Of a DNA stretch of 64,000 nucleotides, positions 24,679 through 36,900 are shown in pieces; position 1 is the stretch's first letter; each line of letters starts with the position of its first letter. Both the position numbers and the translations under genes were made by a program. Where the stretch lies: assembly GCA_964247055.1 (NCBI GenBank), contig OZ176056.1, positions 1,364,001 through 1,428,000 on the forward strand, written 5' to 3'. The notes beneath the pieces are model-generated. The model had not been told where the DNA came from. It searched no databases and was given only the letters and a program-made list of their open reading frames with translations. The stretch comes from Paragordius varius. Its lineage: Eukaryota > Animalia > Nematomorpha.

Positions 24679-27600
24679 TAAGCACATTTGTGTTGTCCAA
24701 TTCACATAATTGTTACTGTAAAATATAAAATAAATCAAATTTTGTCCACAATTTAATTAACTAAATTAATGAGATGCAAATAGGGAAAAACTCTTTTTAT
24801 ATGTATGTAGGCCGCTGTAAGGTTAGCCCGTATGGTAGGCTATGTTAGTGCAGGAACTGTTGAATACTTGTATGATACTGCGAAAGGCACTTTTTGCTTT
24901 TTAGAACTAAATCCTAGACTCCAAGTTGAACACCCGTGTACAGAAATGATTTGTGACATTAATTTACCGGCTTGTCAATTACAGGTAATCTAAGATTATA
25001 TAAAAGCTCAAAAAATTAAATTTCTTAACAATTCAAAGAGTTTTAAATATTATTTAAAGTCTTTTAGATTTGGAATTTAAATTAATTAATATATATTTTT
25101 GAAGTTTTTTGTGACAAGGATTATTGACGCAATATATAAGTTAGTTTAATTAAGTTTTTGTCAACTTTAATTCCATATATATTATATTGTATTTGGAAAA
25201 ATAAATTTTTGATTTTTTTGAATATATATTCTATATTAGTTATGTTATAAGGGAATATTATAATTAACTGAAAGTTTTTCTTTATCACAAAAAATACTTT
25301 TTTTAATTGTTTAAGATTTTCCTGTCAAAAAATTTGTAATACGCTTAATATATTTTACAGTACAAATTATTATATATGTATCAATGTAAGATTTACAAAA
25401 GAAATCTGAGCGAATAGTGTTTAATACATAAAATATAAATTACACCAAATAAAGTAAATATTCGAAAATTAAATTTTTTGAATTTAAATATATAGATTGC
25501 TATGGGCTTACCACTTTACCGTATAAAAGATATTCGAGTTTATATGGGTTTATCTCCGTGGTTTATGGTGGAAACACCTCTTCAAAGTACATATTTTTAG
25601 GATAATTTTTAATTTTTGACCAGAAAATGTAAAATAATTATTAAAAATTATTTAGGAATTGGTAAATGAATCAGGAATTTTTGCGGGTTTTTATAAAATA
25701 ATAAATTTAATTTTATAATTTTTTCTTATAAATCTAAATGTGAAAAAAATAATTTTATAGATACATCTATCTTGTTTTGGATTGTAAATTAGATTTATTT
25801 TAATAATATAGATTATAGACGCTTGAAACCATTTGATTTATATTCAAATACAAATAATTTGCTTTAACAAAAAATTTACTTAGATTCATTCTTAAATGCC
25901 TTATTTTATTAATCTTTTATGGTGTTTTTAGTACCCATTACTGCTAACACAAATGCCATAATAAAACAAGCTGTTACGGAAACTCCCCTTACAAACCAAA
26001 ATGAGAAAATGCAAATTTCAAGCCAAAAAACTAAAATATCTGAAAATTTTATTAATGAAAATGAAAATGCGCTAGAAAATATTTTGGTTCGAAATCAACG
26101 CTTAAATAACTCAATCACTGATGGATATTCAATCTTGTCAGCAGCCAGCGTAGATTCTCAATATAAACCTCGACCCCGGGGACATGTCATAGCTTGTAGG
26201 ATAACGAGTGAAAATCCTGACGAAGGTTTTAAACCAACGTCGGGGCAAATTCAAGTAAGTTGGCTTTTTTTGAAAATTTTTTTGTTAAATATTTGATTTT
26301 AAGGGTTTTAAGTTTTGTAAAGTTTTGTAAAGTTTAGTTTAATAATTCATTTTAACTTGTGTATCCATTATTTATTCAATTAATTTTTTGTATAAATATT
26401 ATTTACACACATACTTTACTTGATTTTTTTGGTTGTTTAGGAACTAAATTTTCGGAGTAACAAAAATATTTGGGGATATTTTAGTGTTGGGGCTTCGGGC
26501 GGTTTGCATGAATTTGCCGATTCCCAATTTGGACATTGCTTTTCGTGGGGTGAAAACCGAGATGAAGCTAGACAGTATTCCGTTAAATCTTTTTTTTGAA
26601 ACTTCTATCTTTTAAATCTGTTTTAACTTTAGAAACTTTTGACAATCAAGGCTTATAATTTATAAAAATTTTGGAGTTATTTAACCTAGTAATGTATATA
26701 TTTATCTAGTAATTTATACTCGAAATAGCAAAATTTATTAAAATTAGTAAATTTATAATTTTTAGCAAAATTTTGGGTTATTTATATATATAATGAATAT
26801 ATATATATAATGAATAATACCATTTACAGTTCAAATTTACCCTCGAACAATTCAAATTCACCCTAAATTAAATTAAGTGTTTTTAAGATTAAAAATTATA
26901 AAATATTTTTTATGTTTTAAAAATGAAATTTCATTTAAATTTAAATAATACTGAAAAATTAAACTATGTCATTAAGATATTCCTATTAATGATGAGTTAT
27001 ATTAGATCGAAAACACATAGTTTATTTTAGGGTGAATTTGAATTTTTGAGGGTGTATTTGAACTGTAAATGGTATATATGAATTGTAAATGGTATATATA
27101 TTTATTGGTCTATTATAAAAACCTATCATATATATATATATATATATATATTTTAAATTCTTTAATTGATATGATAAATTGTTTACAACGTGGTTTATAG
27201 CGGCGTGTCCATCATAAATGGCCTCGCACGCATTTTTAACTCAAAAAAAATTTTGTGGTCGCATCAAATATATATATATAAATATATATATGGGCATATT
27301 CATAAGTAATCTATTTCATACTCAGGACTTTAAAATGCAAACATAATATAACAATTTTTTTATTTATCTCCTTGCCATTTAAATAGAGACTCATTTAAAG
27401 AAATTTTTGTTTAAGAAATATTCATTTTATTGTGATTTATTTGAGCATATTTTTGCATATTATGGATAATTCCATTTCCGATTATTGATAAAAAAATTAT
27501 AATTTTAGTATCAAATGAGTTTTTTTACAAATTTAGTTTTAATGAATAATTTACAATTAATTTCGCTTAATTCTTAATTTATTTTTGAGGAATTTGGTTG

Positions 27601-30600
27601 TTGGCCTTAAAGAATTATCGATTAAGGGTGATTTTAGAACCACTGTTGAATACCTTATAACTTTGTTGGAAACGGAAAGCTTTCAAAAAAATAATTTTGA
27701 TACGGAATGGTTGGATAAACTTATTGCTGAAAAATTTCAAGTATATATTACCAAATTATAATTTTTTATTTCATAATTCGCTATTCAATAAAGATTTAAA
27801 GTATTAAATATTTGCTTAATTATATTTAAATTTATGTATCTGAGGCCCTTATATTTATTACAAGTATATATAAAATGGAATTTTATACATTTTCTTACTT
27901 TTACTGATTACCGTAAAATCCAATCTTAGATGTGATTAATTAAAAATTTTCTTAGTTATCTGGTCTTTTAAAACAATTGAACGTGTCATATAATTATAAA
28001 TAAGGCCATAATAATCAAAAAGTTAAAGATTTGGTTTTTTTATATTGGTTTTAATTAGATCGATGTTTGAATGATTTTAAACTACACATATATACGGTTT
28101 TGCAAAAAACTTTTACCCTAATTATATAGAATTAATTATTTTTTTAAATGTAAATATTTTTATTTAAAATCTTACATAAATTTTTCACTTTCAAACAATT
28201 ATATAATATTAGTCCGAAAATTCTGATACTTTGATTGGAGTTATACACATAACTAATCATATGATTAATTTCAATATTTAAAGTTTTCAGATTTTGATTG
28301 GGATAAAATTTTAAATTAATTATTTTTTACTTTTCAAGAAGTGAAATCTATCAGAATATATATTTTATTTTTTATGGTTTTAAATATTTTTACATTTTTT
28401 AAACAATTTATCTAATAATTAGAAAAATTGAGAAAATTACCCATTATATATTATGAAATTTATTTTAATAATTAGTCTGAAAAACCGGATACCTTGATTG
28501 GAGTTATATGTGCCAGTATACATATAGCTGATCAAAAAATTTGTTCGAGCGTAGATCGATTTCGAAATGCGTTGGCCCGTGGACAATGCCTACCTGCTAC
28601 TACGTTAATTCACACCCTTTCAGTTGATTTAATACGTGAAGGCATTAAATATAGTGTACAGGTAATTAGTTGGTTTTTTAAATAAATATAAGTAGTTTTT
28701 AAGCAAATTTTTGGATATTTTTAACGAATTTTTAAATATTTTTTATAGTATAAATAACTTTTTTTGAAAGAAACAGAAATTTTACATATTTTTTGGTTGA
28801 TTTAATACGTGAAGGCATTAAATATAGTGTACAGGTAATTAGTTCATTTTTGGAAATTATTCAATAAAAATAGTTGGTTTTTGGGTATAAAATATTTGCA
28901 ACTTTTAATTAATTTTTGGATATTTTTAAACCTCTTTTAAGCTACTTTTGTAAGAACCAGAAATTATAAACACATGTTGATTCACACTCTTTCGGTTGAT
29001 TTAATACGTGAAGGCATTTAATATAGTGTACAGGTACTTAGTGGGTTTTGTTACTTTGTTAATTAGTTGGTTTATTGATTTTCTTTTTGGAAAAAAATAT
29101 AACTAGTTTAAAAGGACGATTTTTAGCAAATTATTTTGAAAACACATGTTAATTCACACTCTTTCAGTTGATTTAACACGGGAAGGCATTAAATATAGTG
29201 TACAGGTTAGTGTTACTTACTTAGTTAGTTAGTTGGTTTTTGGGTAAAAAAAGTTTTTACAACTTTTAATAAGTTTTTGGATATTTTTAAACTGTTTTAA
29301 GCTTCTTTCTAAAAGAACCATAATTTTTAAACACATGTTAGAAACTATTTCGGTTGATTTAATACGAGAAAGCATTAAATATAGTATACAGGTCAGTTGG
29401 TTAATTGGTTTTGTTTTTGGAAATTAAGATACTATTTTTGGAAATTAGGATATAAGTAGATTTTAGCAAATTTTTGTTTATAGTATATACTTTTTTTGAA
29501 AGAAACAGAAACTATAAAACTCATCTTTAATCATGTTTTTTTCGGTTGATTTAATACGTGAAGGCATTAAATATAGTGTTCAGGTTAGTTTGTTTTTTAA
29601 AATTAAAATATAAATAGTTTAAAAGGACAATTTGTAGCAATATTTTTTAAAAAAAACATAAGTTTTATGACACATGTCGATTCGAAATCTTTCTAATTAT
29701 ACGTGAAGGTATAAAATATAGTGTACAGGAAATGTTTTTTTAATAGAAGTTTAAAAATTTTTTAATATTTAAAGTATTTCAATAAAATAGGGGCCGAAAA
29801 TGGCTTCGCGGGTCGCTTTTGAAACCAGGGCATTAATATTTAGATTTTTATGGCAATTTTATTTATTATTTATCCCTTCAATTTTCGCTTATTTTTTGCC
29901 ACGTAGAAAAACGTATTAATTTTTTTAACAAATATTAATTTTAGCATATTAATGGTAGCTTATTTCACACTATAGTTGAGCAATTTGTGACACAGTTAGT
30001 AGTGCATGGGAAAAAGAAAGGAAAAAATGTTTATTTAATATATTTTTTTTCATACACTCCTGTGTTACAAAATTATCAAAAGGCATACTGTATATAAGGA
30101 TATCTTTAAATTTTAAGAATTATTTTATTATATTTTATTTGTTTATACATAATATTTCACACATGTTATCATAATTTAAGCTTTGAATTTCTTTGAATCA
30201 ATTTTAATTGTTTTTTAATCTTTAAACCAATATTTTGATTGGAACCGTTAATTTTAAAGATGTAAGTATTAGATATTATTTTACACGCTTTAAGTCGATT
30301 AATAGGCGAATGCATAAAATTAAGTAAGCACGTTTGTGTAAAAAGTTGTTTAGCATGTTTAAATTATCTTTTAGGTGAGCTGTTAGAAATTTTCAGCGAA
30401 TCTAAATGAGTATTAAATTAATTTCTTAAATAAAAAATTTCATTATTTGTGATTTTTGGTTAAAAATATATTAATTGTAATATTTTATTTTTGGAAAAAT
30501 ATTTTAATTTCACCCTGAAATATATTCCTCTAGGTAACTAAAACGGGACCAAACAGTTATTTTTTGCTCATGAATGGCAGTTTTATCGAAATTGATGCCC

Positions 30601-30948
30601 ACAGGTAAAATTTTAATATCTTTACAATTTTATTTTAAATTTAAAATTTTTTATCGTAAAACAATAATATTTTAAAGCGTATATATAATAACACTTTTGA
30701 ATAGTTTATAGATAATTTAAGGAATTTGAGAATTTACTTATTTCACAAACCATAATTTTAGTTATATTATCAAGGATTAAAAAATATGGTGTTTATAAAA
30801 ATATTTAATGTCTTTTTATAAATTTATTTTTATTACTTAAATTATTTTAGATTAAGTGATGGAAGTTTATTGTTCAATCTCAATAATCAATCCTTTAATA
30901 GCTATGTTAAGGAGGAAGTGGGCGGTACCAAATTTAGAGTTGTTATAG
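20361..30948 (+). CDS. ACC: Acetyl-CoA carboxylase, 5' part only (biotin carboxylase and following linker domain, ~789 aa); ends before the biotinyl domain
   Basis: Exons 20361-20489, 20516-20654 ([23 protein letters not shown]), 21269-21559 ([13 protein letters not shown]), 22720-22979, 23411-23521 ([16 protein letters not shown]), 23997-24206 ([17 protein letters not shown]), 24811-24984 ([16 protein letters not shown]), 25496-25586, 25932-26254 ([16 protein letters not shown]), 26441-26574 ([13 protein letters not shown]), 27590-27740, 28476-28661, 30534-30604, 30851-30948. Phases are consistent and there are no stops. No EVMKM biotinyl exon follows. Confidence 0.95.
21644..21925. repeat. 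Short degenerate tandem repeat (~105 bp, ~3 units) in ACC intron 3
   Basis: Recurrent AACGGTTTTGTGAGTTTT...GAATTTAAAGG...AAATACCGAA. Confidence 0.6.
24630..24675. repeat. (TA)n microsatellite; others at ~11035, 12415, 17180, 27130, 31165, 51965, 52160, 60742
   Basis: Direct reading. Confidence 0.95.
26820..27072. mobile_element. MITE, TA-flanked, TIR CCATTTACAGTTCAAAT
   Basis: TA|CCATTTACAGTTCAAAT ... ATTTGAACTGTAAATGG|TA; perfect 17-bp terminal inverted repeat. Confidence 0.85.
28610..29730 (+). repeat. Tandem amplification of the 3' end of ACC exon 12 plus its donor site (original + 6 copies, spacing 145-199 bp)
   Basis: GTTGATTTAATACGTGAAGGCATTAAATATAGTGTACAG|GT recurs, ending at 28661, 28834, 29033, 29205, 29391, 29583 and 29728. 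Confidence 0.9.
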
Positions 30949-31098
30949 GTATAATTAATTTCATTTTTTTTATTTCAAATATTTATTTAAAAATAAATTT
31001 TACAAAAGTGCAAATGTTTTCTATATAAAAAAACATCCATACTTTTTTAAATTTTATTTTTTCCTACATTATTTATAATATAACATAAATTGAATTAA

Positions 31099-31159
31099 AT
31101 CCATTTACACTTCAAATTTAAACATTATGAATTTACATTTTTGATGTTAAAAATTACCG

Positions 31160-31198
<39 letters not shown>

Positions 31199-31381
31199 TC
31201 TAAAATTGAAAATTTTATTAAAATTAACATAATACTGATAAAAAATATGAATATGGTAAACAATATATATAATATTAATATATTACCCCGGAAACACATA
31301 ATTGATATATAGTGTTAATTTGAATTGTTCAAGGCTGATTTGTATTTTTAATTGTTTGAGGATTTGAAATGTTAAAGGTAT
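31099..31381. mobile_element. Decayed MITE (same family as 26820-27072) between the last ACC exon and the first FN3-like exon
   Basis: CCATTTACACTTCAAATTT ... ATTTGAAATGTTAAAGGTA; internal AATACTGA..AAAAT and GAAACACATA motifs are shared with 26820-27072. Confidence 0.65.
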
Positions 31382-31556
31382 ATGATGATGAATTTAATTA
31401 CTTTAACTAGAGCTACAGTAACTTAAACATATCCATTATTTACATTTAAATTATTTCTTACCTAATTTATCTTTGCGAAATGTAGGACAAGTAATAATAA
31501 ACTCTAAATCAAACTAATAAATTTTGGTTGTTTAATTTTAAAAAAATTTGCATTAG

Positions 31557-32835
31557 CAAACTCAATTCGAAATCAAGGGACTCACTTTGTCCACCGAGTA
31601 TTTGGTTAAGGTTACACCTGCTTATGAAAATCTACCGCTTATCGGAGCATATTCAGCTTTTAAATGTATATCAGGTAATGAATGCATTTAAAGTTAGACT
31701 AGTTTTTGATCATAAAGTTATTGAAATATTTGCATTTTCTAATTATATTATATCTATTTATGTATATATGGTGTAGTTAATCTTAACGATACAGGTCAAT
31801 ATGTTCTTAATCAGGAAGGTAAAGTATATTAAAGTTTTTATTTTTACTTATATTTATATTCTAAATTTATTGTTTAAAGATTTGTCCAGGTGGGTGGTCA
31901 AAATAAAAGGCGTGTCCCTAATAAATGGCACAACCGCTGGAAATACAAATTCTTTAGATTTATTAGTTTTTCTTGCCAACCCCTTAATCAATTATCCTGA
32001 AAAAGCAAAAGACATCCGTGCCCTAGACATTTTTTTGAGTAGCCCGGGGAAAGATTTACCTGCTAGAAGAGGATTTATTTCGGTATATTTTTGATAGATT
32101 TTTAATAATTTTAAATTTATGACAAGCTTTTTTACCCAAAATCTAAAACTATAAATATCTTCGGTTTTAAACGACGAAATATAAGTTTTTATGACAATGT
32201 ATATATGGTTAACGGGAGTCATATTTGAATCATAATATAAAGGCAGACGAGTACGTTTTATAACTAGTTGTCTAAATTTATATAATATAATTTTGCCTTT
32301 TTTACAGTAAATCATGAAATTGTACGGACGAACGTGAAAATATAATGACACTGCTGTAATTTATTAAACGTATTATTAAATATTATTCATAGTTTTGGAA
32401 TTTTAAAGTATGAAATAAAAATCTATTTTAATGATACGATTAATTATGTTATTTTCCAATTGTATTAAAATAATTTTTGTAAATGGTTTATAGTATGATT
32501 ATCTTGAAAAAGTATATGTCTTTATATTTTTACTGTTTTCTCTATAATTTCAATTTTTACTGTAAAATATTTTGAGAGATGTTCTGTCTGTATAAGCATC
32601 AATTTTTACTGTATTTCTCTATATATATATTCGTACGACCCAAAAATTTTATGTATTTGTATAATAACTAATGTGTGCATTTCTTTTTTAGGCGGTTTCT
32701 GATAATTATCGCTTCCCATATGTTTTGCCCGATACGGAATACGAGATTGTGGTTAGACCAGTCTTTATAGATCAAGATGCCGCATCCACAGAAGCAAGTT
32801 CCCATCGCGTTTATGTTCAAACGAATCACTGCTAA
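31557..32835 (+). CDS. 3' exons of a fibronectin type III-like domain gene; its 5' part is not in front of it
   Basis: Exons 31557-31674 (QTQFEIKGLTLSTEYLVKVTPAY), 31795-31818 (24 nt, phase 1), 31880-32082 and 32692-32835 (YRFPYVLPDTEYEIVVRPV...QTNHC*). Two LxPxTEYxVxV-type FN3 signatures; the phases chain correctly. Confidence 0.65.
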
Positions 32836-33239
32836 TCATGAAACTAAATTTCAAAAAAAACTATTATATAATTAAAATAAATATGGGGGGTTATCGGGCG
32901 GTGGTTTAAACTACGATGTGATATGTTTAATTAATTCATTTACAGATTAACCCCTTTTTTAATGATCCATCTATAGTATATCCTGGAAAGTACAAATAAA
33001 TTTTAGTTATTATGTCTAATAGATATAAATATATACCTGATCGAATGTGTTAGGGTTTTATTTGCTTAATATTCTACATTACGCTTTTGTTGATAAAAGA
33101 TCTCTCTCCGATGTTTCAATATCTACCCGTGATTTATTTTATGGACCCCAGTTTGAATTGAGAAATATTAGGAGATGACTTGTTGTAATACATTAATCAA
33201 TATCAATTTATTTATTATCACTAACCTACGGATAGGAAT

Positions 33240-33352
33240 CTAACTTGATTTTACTGTAACGGTCTACACAGATTATCGTATTATTGTGTTTTACATCCAC
33301 TGATTACCAAAGTCGCCATTTTTCAGTAACAAGATTGATGTTTAAGGTTGTC
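33240..33352 (-). repeat. Single diverged satellite monomer in inverted orientation
   Basis: Reverse complement reads ATCTTGTTACTGAAAAATGGCGACTTTGGTAATCAGTGGATGTAAAACACAATAATACGATAATCTGTGTAGACCGTTACAGTAAAATCAAGTTAG, which aligns to the satellite consensus. Confidence 0.85.
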
Positions 33353-33904
33353 TTATACGAGTAAATTGCAAGCAGATTATGGAGGTCGGTTTATATCAAA
33401 ACTTAAATTGGTTTGAAGAAATATGAGACTAACACACTAGGTGGATATCCTATAAAAAGTCGATTTTCTTATAAGTTATTATCTTTAATATTTTCAAATT
33501 TTCGCTAATTTTTGTATGAAACTTACAGTAATTTAACTTACACAGACAACATGCAAAAATTAAAAATAACCATTTCTTTTTTTTTGTTTTTTTTATTTAA
33601 CTCTTTGGGTTGTGAAATGGGGATTAGAGATGTAAATTGGTAAGAGCTTATTTTTATAATCATAGGAATTATAATTTATGAATAAGTAGAGTAGTCTTTT
33701 AAAAAAATATTTTTCAATTTTTCCATGTTGTGTTTGTAATATTAATATTTGTGAAATAGCTTTTTCTCGTTATTGTACAAAATGCTTAAAACATGAGCAT
33801 ATATAATTTAAGCAACAATCATTTTATGAAAGTTAATGTTTTTTAAATAATAACACACAAATAGAATACATAAATCCTACAACCTTCTCTTGTTTTGAAA
33901 ATCG

Positions 33905-36900
33905 GTGGGTTCGGTGATGAGTGGTGGTAAAAAACAATAAAACGGTAACCTATTTAGTATTTTACAGTAAACTCAAGTTAGCCAAGTCTTATAATAAACC
34001 GTACGGCAATATCTGTTTTCAATCAATTCTCAACTCGTTAACAACCAAAACACCATCTATCTTGTTACTGAATGGCGGCTTCGGTGATGAGTGGATGTAC
34101 ACAATAATACTTTAATCTGTTTAGTCCTTTACAGTAAACTCAAGTTAGCCAAACCTTACAATAAACCGTCCGGCAATATCTGTTTTCAATCAATTCTCAA
34201 CTCGTTAACAACCAAAACACCATCTATCTTGTTACTGAATGGCGGCTTCGGTGATGAGTGGATGTACACAATAATACTTTAATCTGTTTAGTCCTTTACA
34301 GTAAACTCAAGTTAGCCAAGTCTTACAATAAACCGTCCGGCAAAATCTGTTTTCAATCAATTCTCAACTCGTTAACAACCAAAACACCGTCTATCTTGTT
34401 ACTGAATTGGGGCTTCAGTGATGAGTGGATGTACACTATAATACTTTAATCTGTTTAGTTCTTTACAGTAAACTCAAGTTAGGCAAGTCTTTACAATTAA
34501 CCGTCCGGCAAAATCTGTTTTCAACCAATTCTCAACTCGTTAACAACCAAAACACCGTCTATCTTGTTACTGAATTGGGGCTTCGGTGATGAGTGGATGT
34601 ACACAATAATACTTTAATCTGTTTAGTTCTTTACAGTAAACTAAAGTTAGCCAAGTCTTTACAATAAACCGTCCGGCAAAATCTGTTTTCAATCAATTCT
34701 CAACTCGTTAACAACTAAAACACCATCTATCTTGTTACTAGATTGCGGGATTCGGTGATGAGTGGAAGCACAAAATAACTTAATCTGTTTAGTCCTTTCA
34801 GTAAACTCAAGTTAGCCAAGTCTTAGAATAAACCGTTAGGAGAAATCTGTTTTCAATCAATTCTCAACTCGTTAACAACTAAAACACCATCTATCTTGTT
34901 ACTGAATTGGGGCTTCGGTGATGAGTGGATGTACACAATAATACTTTAATCTGTTTAGTCCTTTACAGTAAACTCAAGTTAGCCAAGTCTTTACAATAAA
35001 CCGTCCGGCAAAATCTGTTTTCAATCAATTATTAACTCGTTAACAACCAAAACACCGTCTATCTTGTTACTGAATTGGGGCTTCGGTGATGAGTGGATGT
35101 ACACAATAATTAATCTGTTTAGTCCTTTACAGTAAATTCAAGTTAGGCAAGTCTTTACAATAAACCGTCCGGGAAAATCTGTTTTCAATCAATTCTCAAC
35201 TCGTTAACAACCAAAACACCGTCTATCTTGTTACTGAATTGGGGCTTCGGTGATGAGTGGATGTACACAATAATACTTTAATCTGTTTAGTTCTTTACAG
35301 TAAACTCAAATTAGCCAAGTCTTTACAATAAACCGTCCGGCAAAATCTGTTTTCAATCAATTCTCAACTCGTTAACAACTAAAACACCATCTATCTTGTT
35401 ACTAGATTGCGGGATTCGGTGATGAGTGGAAGCACAAAATAACTTAATCTGTTTAGTCCTTTCAGTAAACTCAAGTTAGCCAAGTCTTACAATAAACCGT
35501 CCGGAGAAATCTGTTTTCAATCAATTCTCAACTTGTTAACAACTAAAACACCATCTATCTTGTTACTGAATTGGGGCTTCGGTGATGAGTGGATGTACGC
35601 AATAATACTTTAATCTTAGTTCTTTACAGTAAACTCAAGTTAGCCAAGTCTTTACAATAAACCGTCCGGTAAATCTGTTTTCAATCAATTCTCAACTCGT
35701 TCACAACCAAAACACCATCTATCTTGTAACTGAATTGGGGCTTCGGTGATGAGTGAATGTACACAATAATACTTTAATCTTAGTTCTTTACAGTAAACTC
35801 AAGTTAGCCAAGTCTTTACAATAAACCGTCCGGTAAATCTGTTTTCAATCAATTCTCAACTCGTTAACAACCAAAACACCATCTATCTTGTTACTGAATT
35901 GGGACTTCGGTGATGAGTGGATGTACACAATAATACTTTAATCTGTTTAGTTCTTTACAGTAAACTCAAGTTAGCCAAGTCTTTACAATAAACCGTCCGG
36001 TAAATCTGTTTTCAATCAATTCTCAACTCGTTCACAACCAAAACACCATCTATCTTGTTACTGAATTGGGGCTTCGGTGATGAGTGGATGTACACAATAA
36101 TACTGTTCTTTACAGTAAACTCAAGTTAGCCAAGTCTTTACAATAAACTATCCGGCAAAATCTGTTTTCAATCAATTCTCAACTCGTTAACAACCAAAAC
36201 ACCATCTATCTTGTTACTGAATTGGGACTTCGGTGATGAGTGGATGTACACAATAATACTTTAATCTGTTTAGTTCTTTACAGTAAACTCAAGTTAGCCA
36301 AGTCTTTACAATAAACCGTCCGGTAAATCTGTTTTCAATCAATTCTCAACTCGTTCACAACCAAAACACCATCTTGTTACTGAATTGGGGCTTCGGTGAT
36401 GAGTGAATGTACACAATAATACTTTAATCTTAGTTCTTTACAGTAAACTCAAGTTAGCCAAGTCTTTACAATAAACCGTCCGGAGAAATCTGTTTTCAAT
36501 CAATTCTCAACTCGTTAACAACCAAAACACCGTCTATCTTGTTACTGAATTGGGGTTTCGGTGATGATTGGATGTACACAATAATACTTTAATCTGTTTA
36601 GTCCTTTACAGTAAACTCAAGCCAATTACAATAAACCGTCCGTCAAAATCTGTTTTCAATCAATTCTCAACACGTTAACAACTAAAACTCCATCTATCTT
36701 GTTACTGAATTGGGGCTTCGGTGATGAGTGGATGCAAAAATAACTAATCTATTTAGTCATTTACAGTAAAATGAAGTTAGCCAAATCTTATAATAAACCA
36801 TCCGTCAAAATCTGTTTTCAATCAATTCTCAACACGTTAACAACTAAAACTCCGTCTATCTTGTTACTGAATTGGGGCTTCGGTGATGAGTGGATGCAAA

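Noticed and set aside
27203-27232. 20-nt match GGCGTGTCC.T.ATAAATGGC to 31909-31930 inside the FN3-like exon
   Set aside because: Too short to interpret. It may be a MITE end at 27203-27395, and it only slightly lowers confidence in exon 31880-32082.
34070-34260. Box C (GTGATGA) and box D (CTGA) in each monomer, suggesting a snoRNA cluster
   Set aside because: There is no terminal stem and no C'/D' pair, and CTGA is mutated in several units (CTAGA); chance occurrence is likely.
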